Assembly: GCA_965112735.1 (NCBI GenBank)
Contig: OZ218950.1
Span: forward strand, 5,208,001 to 5,272,000
Direction: 5' to 3'
Source of the DNA: Phaeosaccion multiseriatum
Taxonomy: Eukaryota > Protista > Ochrophyta, other classes
Length of the DNA stretch: 64,000 nt
Positions 28,237 to 40,200 of this stretch are shown one piece after another. Numbering within the stretch: position 1 is the stretch's first letter; every line of letters starts with the position of its first letter. Both the position numbers and the translations under genes were made by a program. The notes below the pieces were generated by a model. It ran no database searches and had not been told where the DNA came from. It saw only the letters and a list, made by a program, of their open reading frames with translations.

Positions 28237-31200
28237 GTGAGTCCGGCCTCCCGAGAGAAAGCTTATCTCAAGTCGTCTGAGGGGAGGGGGAGCTTCAGAA
28301 TTATCATCATGGCATGCAAGACTGTGTCTATTCTGCTTCAGTATCCCTATCCCAGTTTGACGCATAGCATGCGCGCAAAATTTCACCGCCTGCTGCCGCT
28401 CACCGTGGCACTTGCATGCACAGCACAGCACAGCACAGCTCAAACCCTTCGTCCTCACTCCATTTCCTCTCGCCCCATCCCCCGTGCATTTCCTTTCGCT
28501 TGCAGAGAACAAGGTGATTGGCAACCTGGTCGTCGAAGCGGATCCTCTCTTTGGAGGTGGTTCGCTGACGGCGGGAGGCCCCACGGGCACCGGTGCGTCC
28601 TTTGAATTGACTCTCAACGAGTCCGCGTTCCGCGTTGCCTCCGGAGGCGATGTCGACATGACAGCAGGGGCGTCTAACGCTGCCAATGTCAAAGGAGGCG
28701 GAGTGCACATTGGTGGCGGAGACGGCACCAATGCCCTCGGAGGGGGCGGAGGAGACATCACCTTTGTCGGTGGAGGCGGGTTCGGCCTCGAGAGCTTCGG
28801 TGGAGACATTGGCGACGGCGGCTCCGTCGAGCTGCAAGGTGGGACCAGTGTGGAGGGAAAAGGCGGCAGCGTCTCTCTCAGCGGAGGGAGCAGCAGCACG
28901 GGCACTGGTGGCGCAGTTTTGATTCAAAGCGGCGCGAGCAACACCGTGGCCAGCGGCTCCATCCTCATCCAGTCCGCCAGAAGTCTGGGCGAGGCTGCCA
29001 GCGGGGATGTGTCAGTGGGCTCAGGCACCACCGCCTTTGGATCCACCGGCTCACTCATGCTCTCCACCGGCAGCAGCACCAGTGGCACGGCGGGCCAGAT
29101 CATCATCTCTGCGGGGATGGGGAACTCTGGCAGTGGCAGCAGTGTTGAAATTTCTGCGGGAGGCACAAGCGCCGACGGAGCTGCGGGCGGAGACGCTCGT
29201 ATCGTGTCGGGCTTTAGCCAGACGGCAGGCAGCGGAGGCCTCAACTTCTTGACGGCCAATGCAGGCTCCAGCGGAGGCAGTGGCGACATTTTGTTGCGCA
29301 CGGGGACGTCGAGCTCGGGAGACTCGGGGAGCATTTCTCTGGTCACCAACGCCGCCACTGCTGGTCACGCTGGAGACATCAACTTACTCGTCGGGCCTGG
29401 CGAGAGCGGCAAGGGCGGCCAAGTCTCCTTGGAGGCTGGAGAGTCGTCTGCGCCGTCGGCAGCAGGAGGTGATGTCTTCATCTCCGCCGGAGCAGGCACT
29501 GCGGCAACCGTCAACGAGGGCGGTAAGGGGGGCCATGTCAAGATTTCTGGCGGCGATGCCATGGGTCTGGGCTCGTCGGACCAAGCCGGAGACGTCAATC
29601 TCATTGGCGGCTATGCCCAGGCAGGGCGTGGGGGAGACATTCTGATCTCCTCTGGCGTTGGCCGTGCAACTTCTAGTGGGCAGGTCCTCGTCACGACGGC
29701 CAATGCCGGCAGCGACGGAGGGAGCGGCGGCCTGTTCTTGGCTACCGGTACCTCGTCGGCTGGGAGCACGGGCGCGCTCCTGCTCAACACTGGAGACGCG
29801 AGTCAAGGGGCGGGTGGAAACATCGAGCTCAGAGTCGGAGAGGGCGATTCGGGGGTTGGTGGGTGGGTGGTCATCAAAGGCGGTACCAGTTCGGATCAGT
29901 CAGGCGGAAGCATTTTACTGGCAAGCGGGGAGGGTACCGCAGGATCTAGCGGTGACGTCATCATTCAGACCACGGACGCAGGCACCAGCGGGGTCTCTGG
30001 GTCCATCCTTCTGTCCACCGGACAAGCTACCAACGGCAGCGCAGGAGCCATTCAGTTCCAGACAGGCTCAAGCTTGGATGGAGATGCTGGAGACATCATC
30101 TTCAGCATCGGAGGCGCGGAGTCGGTGGGCGACGGAGGTGACATATCCTTCATGGCCGGAAACACAAGTGCTGTAGAAGGCGTGGGGGGAGGAGTGGTGC
30201 TCATGGGCGGAGGGGGAGAGAACCCTGACGGGGGAGAGGGAGGCTCAATCGCGCTCACCGGCGGATCAGCAGCAGGCACCGGCGAAGACCCCGGTGCCGG
30301 AGGTGGGGACGTTGGTATCACTGGAGGCAGTGCCGCTGGGGGAGTGGGCGGTAGCATCAGCATTGCTGGTGGAGCATCCACCTCCAACCAAGGTGGAGCT
30401 ATCGAGATCACGAGCGGTAGCAGTGCTCTCTCCACCAGCGGTGACGTGAGCATTGCCACTGCCGACGCCCAAAACGAAGCTGCGAGTGGAGCCCTCAGTC
30501 TCCGCACAGGCACATCGAGCTACGGAGAAAGCGGCTCGGTGCTCATCAGTTCAGGAAATGCCATGAACGGAGCTGGAGGCTCTGTACAAGTTTCTGTCGG
30601 AACGAGCAGCAGAGGCGACGGAGGAGACCTCTACCTGGCAGCAGGAGGAACCTCGGCCGTCGGAGCACGCGGAGGAACCACATACGTCACTGCTGGCGTC
30701 GGTTTCAGCGATGATGAAGGCGACGGTGGCGATGGTGGCCATGTTGTAATCCAGGCCGGAGCTTCCATGGGCACCGCTGCTGTGGACATTGGCGGTACGG
30801 TAGAGATACTCGGTGGTGACTCGATCGCCGGCAGGAGCGGCGGATTGAGCTTGCAATCTGGATCCAGCGAGCAAGGCTCGAGTGGGCCTATCGCAATGTC
30901 CACCTCCGACTCTGGCACAGACGGCGTATCGGGCAGCATTGCAGTCGTGACCGGGAGGTCGGCGGCAGGCACATCAGGCCCCATTTCTCTCCAATCGGGC
31001 CCCGCCACGGCAGGAGCCGGAGGGGCCATCTCTCTCGCAGTCGGCGACGGGGACTACGGTGACGGAGGAGCAGTCTTCATCTCTGCAGGACGAACGACCT
31101 CAGTCGCGAGTCAGGGAGGAGCAGTGGTCATCGCCGGAGGAGAGGGCTCGAGCCCTCATGCGCATGACGGGGGCGACGGCGGCCAAGTTCGCATCGTTGG

Positions 31201-34200
31201 TGGAGCGGCCATGGGCGGCTCTAGCGGGGATGCAGGAGGAGGCGTTGCTCTGGAAGGAGGGCGCTCCTACGCTGGACACGGCGGGGACCTTTCTCTCTCG
31301 TCCGGCACCAGCGATCTGAGCTCCAGCGGATCCGTGCTACTCAACACGGGCAACGCAGGACAGCAGGGAGCCAGCGGAGCGATTTCCCTCTCGACGGGCA
31401 CCTCCAGTGCGGGCTCCACTGGGCACATCCGAGTCGGTACCGGTGCCGCGCAGGGGGGCAGTGGAGGCGACATTGTCATCGCCGTTGGCCAGGGAGACTC
31501 GGGCAGCGGGGGCAACGTGGCCATCTCGGCAGGTGACACCGATGATGTCAAGTCAGGGGGCATGGTGACGCTGGAGAGTGGGTACAGCTCTCGCGCTTCG
31601 AGCGGGTCTGTCCTCCTGAGGACACCCAACGCAGGCATCGATGGTGCAAGTGGGGGCATTCTCCTGAGCACTGGCACCTCCAGTGCGGGCCAAAGCGGTG
31701 CTGTGCAGCTTCTCTCCGGCGCCGCCACCAACGGCGCAGGAGGCGACATCATGATGCGTGTGGGCACCGGCGACGAGGGTGATGGAGGCCATGTGCTCAT
31801 CTCTGCCGGTGAGACGGAAGCCGCCGAGGCCGAGGGAGGCAGCGTGGTCATTGCCGCCGGGGAGGGAAGCAGTCAAGACAGGTACCACGGAGGACAAGGC
31901 GGCAAGGTGCAGATATTTGGTGGTGCCGCTCAAGGAGGCTCGAGCTCGGACTACGGCGGGAACGTTGAGGTGGCGGCAGGCTACTCCCGAAAGGGGCGTG
32001 GCGGCTCCTTCGACTTTGTCACCGGATACGGCGAGGCCACCTCCAGCGGTGTTATCGACGTGCACACGGCCAACGCCGGCAAGGCAGGGGCCAGTGGAGG
32101 TATCTCCATCTACTCGGGGACTGCAAGCATGGGCAACTCCGGAACCATCAGCATGCAAACGGGCAGCGCAGACAGGGGGCGAGGAGGCTCCTTCGAACTG
32201 TTCCTGGGCACAGGCGACTCGGGTATGGGCGGAGAGATTGCCATGAGTGCGGGAGATACGCTGGCAGCTGACGGCACGGGAGGCAAGGTGTCTATTCAGA
32301 CAGGGCACTCCTTCCAAGGCAGCAGTGGGGGCCTCTCTCTCGAGACTGCCAACTCGGGCGTGACGGGCACCAGCGGGGGCATTGCCCTCTCCACCGGCAT
32401 TGCCAACGGGCCGCTTCCCTCGGGGGGAGTGTCGCTCATCACCGGCGCGTCAAACAAAGGCCCGGGGGGTGACATTCAGCTTCTCGTGGGCAGTGGAGCC
32501 GCAGAAGACGGAGGAGATATTGTGTTGGTGGCTGGAGAGACGACAGCAGCAGGCCAGCGGGGTGGAGATGTCATGATTGCCGGAGGGGCCGGGACTAATG
32601 CGGCCAATGGAGGGTCGGGAGGAGGGGGCGATGGAGGAAACGTGTACATTGATGGAGGAGACGCAGGGGGGCTCGATCCCACCAAAGATGTGGGGGGCAG
32701 CGTCGAGATTACAGCGGGATACGCAGCTGCCGGGGTGGGCGGGTCTCTCATTGGCCGCTCAGGACACAGCGAGGCCTCGTCTAGCGGCCAGATCATGCTG
32801 CTCACAGCGGACGCGGGCAGAGCGGGAGTGAGCGGGGAAATGGTGCTGTCGACCGGTTCCGCAACGCTGGGCAACTCCGGCTTCGTCTTCATTGGAACGG
32901 GAGAGGCCGTCTCCGGACGAGGGGGCTCCATCGACGTAGTGGTGGGCAGCGGCACCGTCGGCGACGGAGGTGACGTTGTGGTGTCAGCAGGAGAGACCTC
33001 CGCAGCAGGGGGACGAGGAGGAGACTTGCGTCTCTCCGCTGGCACCGGCAGCAACAGCCTCGTGTCCGGCGGTGGCAGAGGCGGGAGTGTCTCCATTGAG
33101 GCTGGCGAGGGGCAGGGCGGTGCCCCGAGCGACGTTGGTGGAGACGTCACCGTCCGAGCGGGACAGGCCAGTGCTGGAGACGGTGGATCAGTGCACATTC
33201 TTTCCGGCGCAAGCAGCACAGCGGGCGGCAGTGGGTCCATCAACTTGCTCACGGCCAACGCTGGCCAGACGATTGGCGACAGTGGCTCATTGTCTCTGTC
33301 GTCAGGCTTCTCTCCCGCCGGATCATCGGGCTCTCTCTCCCTCGCCACAGGTGTGGCCATGTCTGGAGCGGCCGGAGGCGTCATGATTAGCGTGGGCACT
33401 GGAAACGTCGGCAGCGGAGGTAATATCTCCCTCGTAGCTGGAGACACTGTGTCCCAGCGGGGCCAGACAGGCGGCTCCATCGTTGTGCAAACTGGAGAGA
33501 GCCTGATGGGAACGAGTGGTGGCCTCGCGCTCCGTACCGCCAATGCAGGGCTCTCGGGCCAAAGCGGTGCCATCGAGCTGTCGTCAGGCACCTCATCGGT
33601 CGGGGCGTCAGGGGGCGTCACCGTCTCTACAGGGGCTGGCCCCTCAGGCGGGTCCATTTCTGCTCTGGTGGGTGAGTCCACCGAAGGAGCAGGAGGAGGA
33701 ATCATCCTGCAAGCTGGACTCTCCCGGCGTGGAGGCGGCGGTGACGTCACCATCGCAGCAGGTGCCGCAGCTGCCACTGATGCTGACCAGCAGCACACCC
33801 TGGGGGGTGGAGGAAGCGTGCTCGTGGAAGGAGGTGCCTCTTCGCTCACAGACGGTGGATCGGTAGCGGTCAAGCCCGGTTTGGGGGCTCTCTCCAACGG
33901 CGAGGTGGTGATCCAAGCTGCAGATGGCGCCGACAGGGTGACTGTCAACGACCTCAATGTAACGCTTCAAGCAGGGGAGGGCGCAGGAGCCGTCAGAATC
34001 GAAACCGCCGACGGCACCGCATTCTTGGAGGTGGATTCGAGCGGTGTGCACTCCAACGCTGGCATGGATGGGGACATCTCCATGCGTGTCCCTGCTGGTG
34101 GCAGCGGCATGATTGGCCTCAGTGTGGGCGATGAGGATGTTTACGACTTTCGAGTGCAAGAGATGACGGGCTCGCAGCCTATGGTGGTCGCAACCGCCCC

Positions 34201-37200
34201 GTTGCAAGTGACCACACTGCAGTACTCTTCGGATGAGCGCATCAAGACCAACATCAATGATCTCGACGTCGATGACCTTCTCCAGCGCTTCCAGGCCGTG
34301 CAGATGAAGGAGTATGGATACACGGAAGAGTGGCGGCGCGTGCGTGAGCTCGAGGGCGACCCTCGTGTGCGAGGAGTCATCGCTCAGCAGCTGGCGACTG
34401 TCTTCCCCGAGCATGTGGACATCATCCCTGAGTACACACTCGAAGACAAGGACTTTACCATTGCGGGCTTCCACCAGGTGGACAAGACCTCTCTCGTTGT
34501 TGACTTGGTGGGTGCGCTGCAGTCGATGCATCGGCGCTTCTCTGTGGGAGCTAGCACGCCCTTCCGAAGCGGCGTCATCAGCATCGGCACGGACGACGCT
34601 GGCAGCTATTTCAACGCCGACGCCGACGGTACAAGCGGTGCGCTCAACCTCACGACTGGTACCTCCACAATAGGTACTACAGGAGCCATCATGATCACGA
34701 CTGGAGACTCTACACGGGGCGCCTCCGGCAACATTTCCCTGCAAGTTGGGTCTGGCTTGTCCGGCGGCGGCGGAATGATGGAGCTGAGCAGCGACGTCTT
34801 GCTAGCGGGAGGGAACTCCACCCATTTGACGGGCAGAGGAGGCTCATTGCTGCTGCAAGGTGGCGTGGACTTGTACAGCGAAACCGCCGGGGGAGGCAAT
34901 ATTACCCTCATGGCAGGTCTCTCTCACTCCGGCATTGGTGGTTCAGTGTTGATCACAAGTGGAGAAGGGCCCAGGAACAGCTCCGGTCCCATCACCATTC
35001 GATCTGCAAACGGCGGTCAGGAGGGCACCAGCGGCTCCCTCGTGTTCCAATCTGGCACATCCGGCTCCGGCAACTCAGGACGAGTCATGATTGGTTCGGG
35101 TGCCGCCGAGGGCGGACGAGGCGGTGGGCTGGAGCTCTTGGTTGGCAGCGGAACCAGCGGAATGGGAGGCCACTTGCTTGCTCGAGCTGGTCACGCTGAG
35201 ATTATGACTGGAGGAGAAGTGGTACTTTCCAGCGGAACGAGCGAGTTCACAAGCAGCGGACCCGTTCGAATCTCCACAGCAAACGCCGGTCTGTTCGGCG
35301 CAAGCGGCCTACTCTCTCTCTCCACTGGCACCTCAAGTATGGGCAACACTGGAGCCATCTCCCTGCGAACCTCCGGAGCCGCCTTTGGGACTGCGGGCGC
35401 GATATCTCTCACAGTGGGGACGGGCGCTAGCGGTGCGGGGGCAGGCGTATCACTGCAGTCCGGCACTACCAGTGCTGAAGAGAAGGCCGGAGGGAGCGTG
35501 AGCGTGAGAGCTGGTGATGGCACGAGTGCCGTGGGTGGCATGGGAGGCAACGTGCTCCTCTTCGCGGGCTCAGGGGCTTCCGCTACCGGAGGCTCCGTCC
35601 GAATCACAAGCGGCGTTGGTGAGCTGTCGTCCAGTGGGGTTGTGCGCATTCTCTCAGCCAATGCAGGCTATGACGGCGCGAGCGGCTTTCTCAGCTTCAG
35701 TTCGGGAACGTCTAGCAGCGGCAACAGCGGAGACATTCTCATCGGTAGCGGCTCTGCGACAGGTGGACGTGGCGGCTTGCTGAGTTTGACGGTCGGGACT
35801 GGAAACAGCGGAGCCGGAGGACTAGTGAGGACCTGGGCAGGGGACAGCAGTGCGGCCACTGGAGGAGCGATAGCGATATCAACTGGGTCGGGAATTGCAT
35901 CAAGCAGCGGTACCGTGTCCATTCGCACGGCCAATGCTGGATACTACGGCGCAAGCGGTCTGTTGTCATTCAGCTCCGGTACGTCGAGCTCAGGCAACAC
36001 AGGCGCTATTTTGATCGGCACAGGGACAGCTACGGGGGGCCGTGGTGGCTTGATCAGCATCACAGTCGGGCTAGCGCAGTGTGGTAGTGGTGGTAGACTG
36101 AGTCTTGCGGCAGGCCAAAGCAGGTATCTGACTGGAGGAACAGTTTGGATGCAGTCCGGCGCTGGGACCGCCACCTCCAGCGGCGCTGTCAATATACGGA
36201 CCGCCAACGCTGGACGAGATGGGACGAGTGGACTTCTTTCCTTCAGCTCCGGCACGTCAAGCTCTGGAAACAGTGGATCGGTGATGATTGGCTCAGGACC
36301 GGCGACGGGAGGCCGTGGGGGGATGCTATCACTCACTGTGGGAACCGGAACGTGTGGCACTGGCGGTGACGTGTACGTCCACGCCGGGGATGCCAAGACA
36401 GCGAATGCCTACACGGGCGGATCGATCGCTCTTGGCTCAGGTAGAGGATTCATTACGAGCAGCGGCTCAATCACAATAACCTCACACAACGCCGGCACTC
36501 AAGGCGTTAGCGGCCTGCTGGTATTTAGCTCGGGGACAACTAGCTCAGGTAATAGCGGCGCGGTGCTCATCGGCAGCGGCGCCAGCACGGGAGGACGCGG
36601 CGGCATGGTGAGCCTGACGGCGGGCAGCGGCACCAGCGGCGCTGGCGGTCTGGTGCAGATGTATGCTGGTGTGAGCACGGTACTGACGGGCGGTGTGGTG
36701 AGCATCGGGGGCGGCGAGGGTCGCGCGTCCACGAGCGGGTCTGTGACTGTGCGCTCTCTGAACGCTGGCACGGCTGGCACGAGTGGTCGTTTGGTGTTCA
36801 GCTCCGGCACGGCGAACTCCGGCAACAGCGGCGCCGTGCTCATCGGCAGCGGCGCCAGCACGGGAGGGCGTGGCGGCATGGTGAGCCTGACGGCGGGCAG
36901 CGGCACCAGCGGCGCTGGCGGTCTGGTGCAGATGTATGCTGGTGTGAGCACGGTACTGACGGGCGGTGTGGTGAGCATCGGGGGCGGCGAGGGTCGCGCG
37001 TCCACAAGCGGGTCTGTGACTGTGCGCTCTCTGAACGCTGGCACGGCTGGCACGAGTGGTCGTCTGATATTCAGCTCCGGCACGGCCAACTCCGGCAACA
37101 GCGGCGCCGTGCTCATCGGCAGTGGCGCCAGCACGGGAGGACGTGGCGGCATGGTGAGCCTGACGGCGGGCAGCGGCACCAGCGGCGCTGGCGGTCTGGT

Positions 37201-40200
37201 GCAGATGTATGCTGGCGTGAGCACGGTACTGACGGGCGGTGTGGTGAGCATCGGGGGCGGCGAGGGCCGCGCGTCCACGAGCGGGTCTGTGACTGTGCGC
37301 TCTCTGAACGCTGGCACGGCCGGCACGAGTGGTCGTCTGGTGTTCAGCTCCGGCACGGCCAACTCCGGCAACAGCGGCGCCGTGCTCATCGGCAGCGGCG
37401 CCAGCACGGGAGGACGTGGCGGCATGGTGAGCCTGACGGCGGGCAGCGGCACCAGCGGCGCTGGCGGTCTGGTGCAGATGTATGCTGGTGTGAGCACGGT
37501 ACTGACGGGCGGTGTGGTGAGCATCGGGGGCGGTGAGGGCCGCGCGTCCACGAGCGGGTCCGTGACTGTGCGCTCTCTGAACGCTGGCACGGCTGGCACG
37601 AGTGGTCGTCTGGTGTTCAGCTCCGGCACGGCCAACTCCGGCAACAGCGGCGCCGTGCTCATCGGCAGCGGCGCCAGCACGGGAGGACGTGGCGGCATGG
37701 TGAGCCTGACGGCGGGCAGCGGCACCAGCGGCGCTGGCGGTCTGGTGCAGATGTATGCTGGTGTGAGCACGGTACTGACGGGCGGTGTGGTGAGCATCGG
37801 GGGCGGCGAGGGCCGCGCGTCCACGAGCGGGTCTGTGACTGTGCGCTCTCTGAACGCTGGCACGGCTGGCACGAGTGGTCGTCTGGTATTCAGCTCCGGC
37901 ACGGCCAACTCCGGCAACAGCGGCGCCGTGCTCATCGGAAGTGGCGCCAGCACGGGAGGACGTGGCGGCATGGTGAGCCTGACGGCGGGCAGCGGCACCA
38001 GCGGCGCTGGCGGTCTGGTGCAGATGTATGCTGGCGTGAGCACGGTACTGACGGGCGGTGTGGTGAGCATCGGGGGCGGCGAGGGCCGCGCGTCCACGAG
38101 CGGGTCTGTGACTGTGCGCTCTCTGAACGCTGGTGCGGCTGGCTCGAGTGGTCGTCTGGTGTTCAGCTCCGGCACGGCCAACTCCGGCAACAGCGGCGCC
38201 GTGCTCATCGGCAGCGGCGCCAGCACGGGAGGACGTGGCGGCATGGTGAGCCTGACGGCGGGCAGCGGCACCAGCGGCGCTGGCGGTCTGGTGCAGATGT
38301 ATGCTGGCGTGAGCACGGTACTGACGGGCGGTGTGGTGAGCATCGGGGGCGGCGAGGGTCGCGCGTCCACGAGCGGGTCTGTGACTGTGCGCTCTCTGAA
38401 CGCTGGCACGGCTGGCACGAGTGGTCGTCTGGTGTTCAGCTCCGGCACGGCCAACTCCGGCAACAGCGGCGCCGTGCTCATCGGCAGCGGCGCCAGCACG
38501 GGAGGACGTGGCGGCATGGTGAGCCTGACGGCGGGCAGCGGCACCAGCGGCGCTGGCGGTCTGGTGCAGATGTATGCTGGTGTGAGCACGGTACTGACGG
38601 GCGGTGTGGTGAGCATCGGGGGCGGTGAGGGCCGCGCGTCCACGAGCGGGTCTGTGACTGTGCGCTCTCTGAACGCTGGCACGGCTGGCACGAGTGGTCG
38701 TCTGGTATTCAGCTCCGGCACGGCCAACTCCGGCAACAGCGGCGCCGTGCTCATCGGAAGTGGCGCCAGCACGGGAGGACGTGGCGGCATGGTGAGCCTG
38801 ACGGCGGGCAGCGGCACCAGCGGCGCTGGCGGTCTGGTGCAGATGTATGCTGGCGTGAGCACGGTACTGACGGGCGGTGTGGTGAGCATCGGGGGCGGCG
38901 AGGGCCGCGCGTCCACGAGCGGGTCTGTGACTGTGCGCTCTCTGAACGCTGGTGCGGCTGGCTCGAGTGGTCGTCTGGTGTTCAGCTCCGGCACGGCCAA
39001 CTCCGGCAACAGCGGCGCCGTGCTCATCGGCAGCGGCGCCAGCACGGGAGGACGTGGCGGCATGGTGAGCCTGACGGCGGGCAGCGGCACCAGCGGCGCT
39101 GGTGGTCTGGTGCAGATGTATGCTGGTGTGAGCACGGTACTGACGGGCGGTGTGGTGAGCATCGGGGGCGGCGAGGGTCGCGCGTCCACGAGCGGGTCTG
39201 TGACTGTGCGCTCTCTGAACGCTGGCACGGCTGGTACGAGTGGTCGTCTGGTGTTCAGCTCCGGCACGGCCAACTCTGGCAACAGCGGCGCCGTGCTCAT
39301 CGGCAGCGGCGCCAGCACTGGAGGGCGTGGCGGCATGCTGAGCCTGACGGCGGGCAGCGGCACCAGCGGCGCTGGTGGTCTGGTGCAGATGTATGCTGGT
39401 GTGAGCACGGTACTGACGGGCGGTGTGGTGAGCATCGGGGGCGGCGAGGGCCGCGCGTCCACGAGCGGGGCTGTGACTGTGCGCTCTCTGAACGCTGGCA
39501 CGAAGGGTACGAGTGGTCGTCTGGTGTTCAGCTCCGGCACGGCCAACTCCGGCAACAGCGGCGCCGTGCTCATCGGCAGCGGCGCCAGCACGGGAGGACG
39601 TGGCGGCATGGTGAGCCTGACGGCGGGCAGCGGCACCAGCGGCGCTGGCGGTCTGGTGCAGATGTATGCTGGCGTGAGCACGGTACTGACGGGCGGTGTG
39701 GTGAGCATCGGAGGCGGCGAGGGCCGCGCCTCCACGAGCGGGTCTGTGACTGTACGGTCTCTGAACGCTGGCACGGCCGGCACGAGTGGTCGTTTGGTGT
39801 TCAGCTCCGGCACGGCCAACTCCGGCAACAGCGGCGCCGTGCTCATCGGCAGCGGCGCCAGCACGGGAGGGCGTGGCGGCATGGTGAGCCTGACGGCGGG
39901 CAGCGGCACCAGCGGCGCTGGCGGTCTGGTGCAGATGTATGCTGGTGTGAGCACGGTACTGACGGGCGGTGTGGTGAGCATCGGGGGCGGCGAGGGCCGC
40001 GCGTCCACGAGCGGGTCTGTGACTGTGCGCTCTCTGAACGCTGGTGCGGCCGGCTCGAGTGGTCGTCTGGTGTTCAGCTCCGGCACGGCCAACTCCGGCA
40101 ACAGCGGCGCCGTGCTCATCGGCAGCGGCGCCAGCACGGGAGGACGTGGCGGCATGGTGAGCCTGACGGCGGGCAGTGGCACCAGCGGCGCTGGCGGTCT

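Noticed and set aside
33900-34600. Prophage or endogenous virus insertion suggested by the S74 domain
   Set aside because: No capsid, integrase, terminase or terminal repeats are visible. The domain is in frame within a spliced host gene that has a signal peptide.
28177-36479. Numerous short ORFs on both strands in the giant-gene region
   Set aside because: These are out-of-frame or antisense by-products of the GC-rich giant exon.
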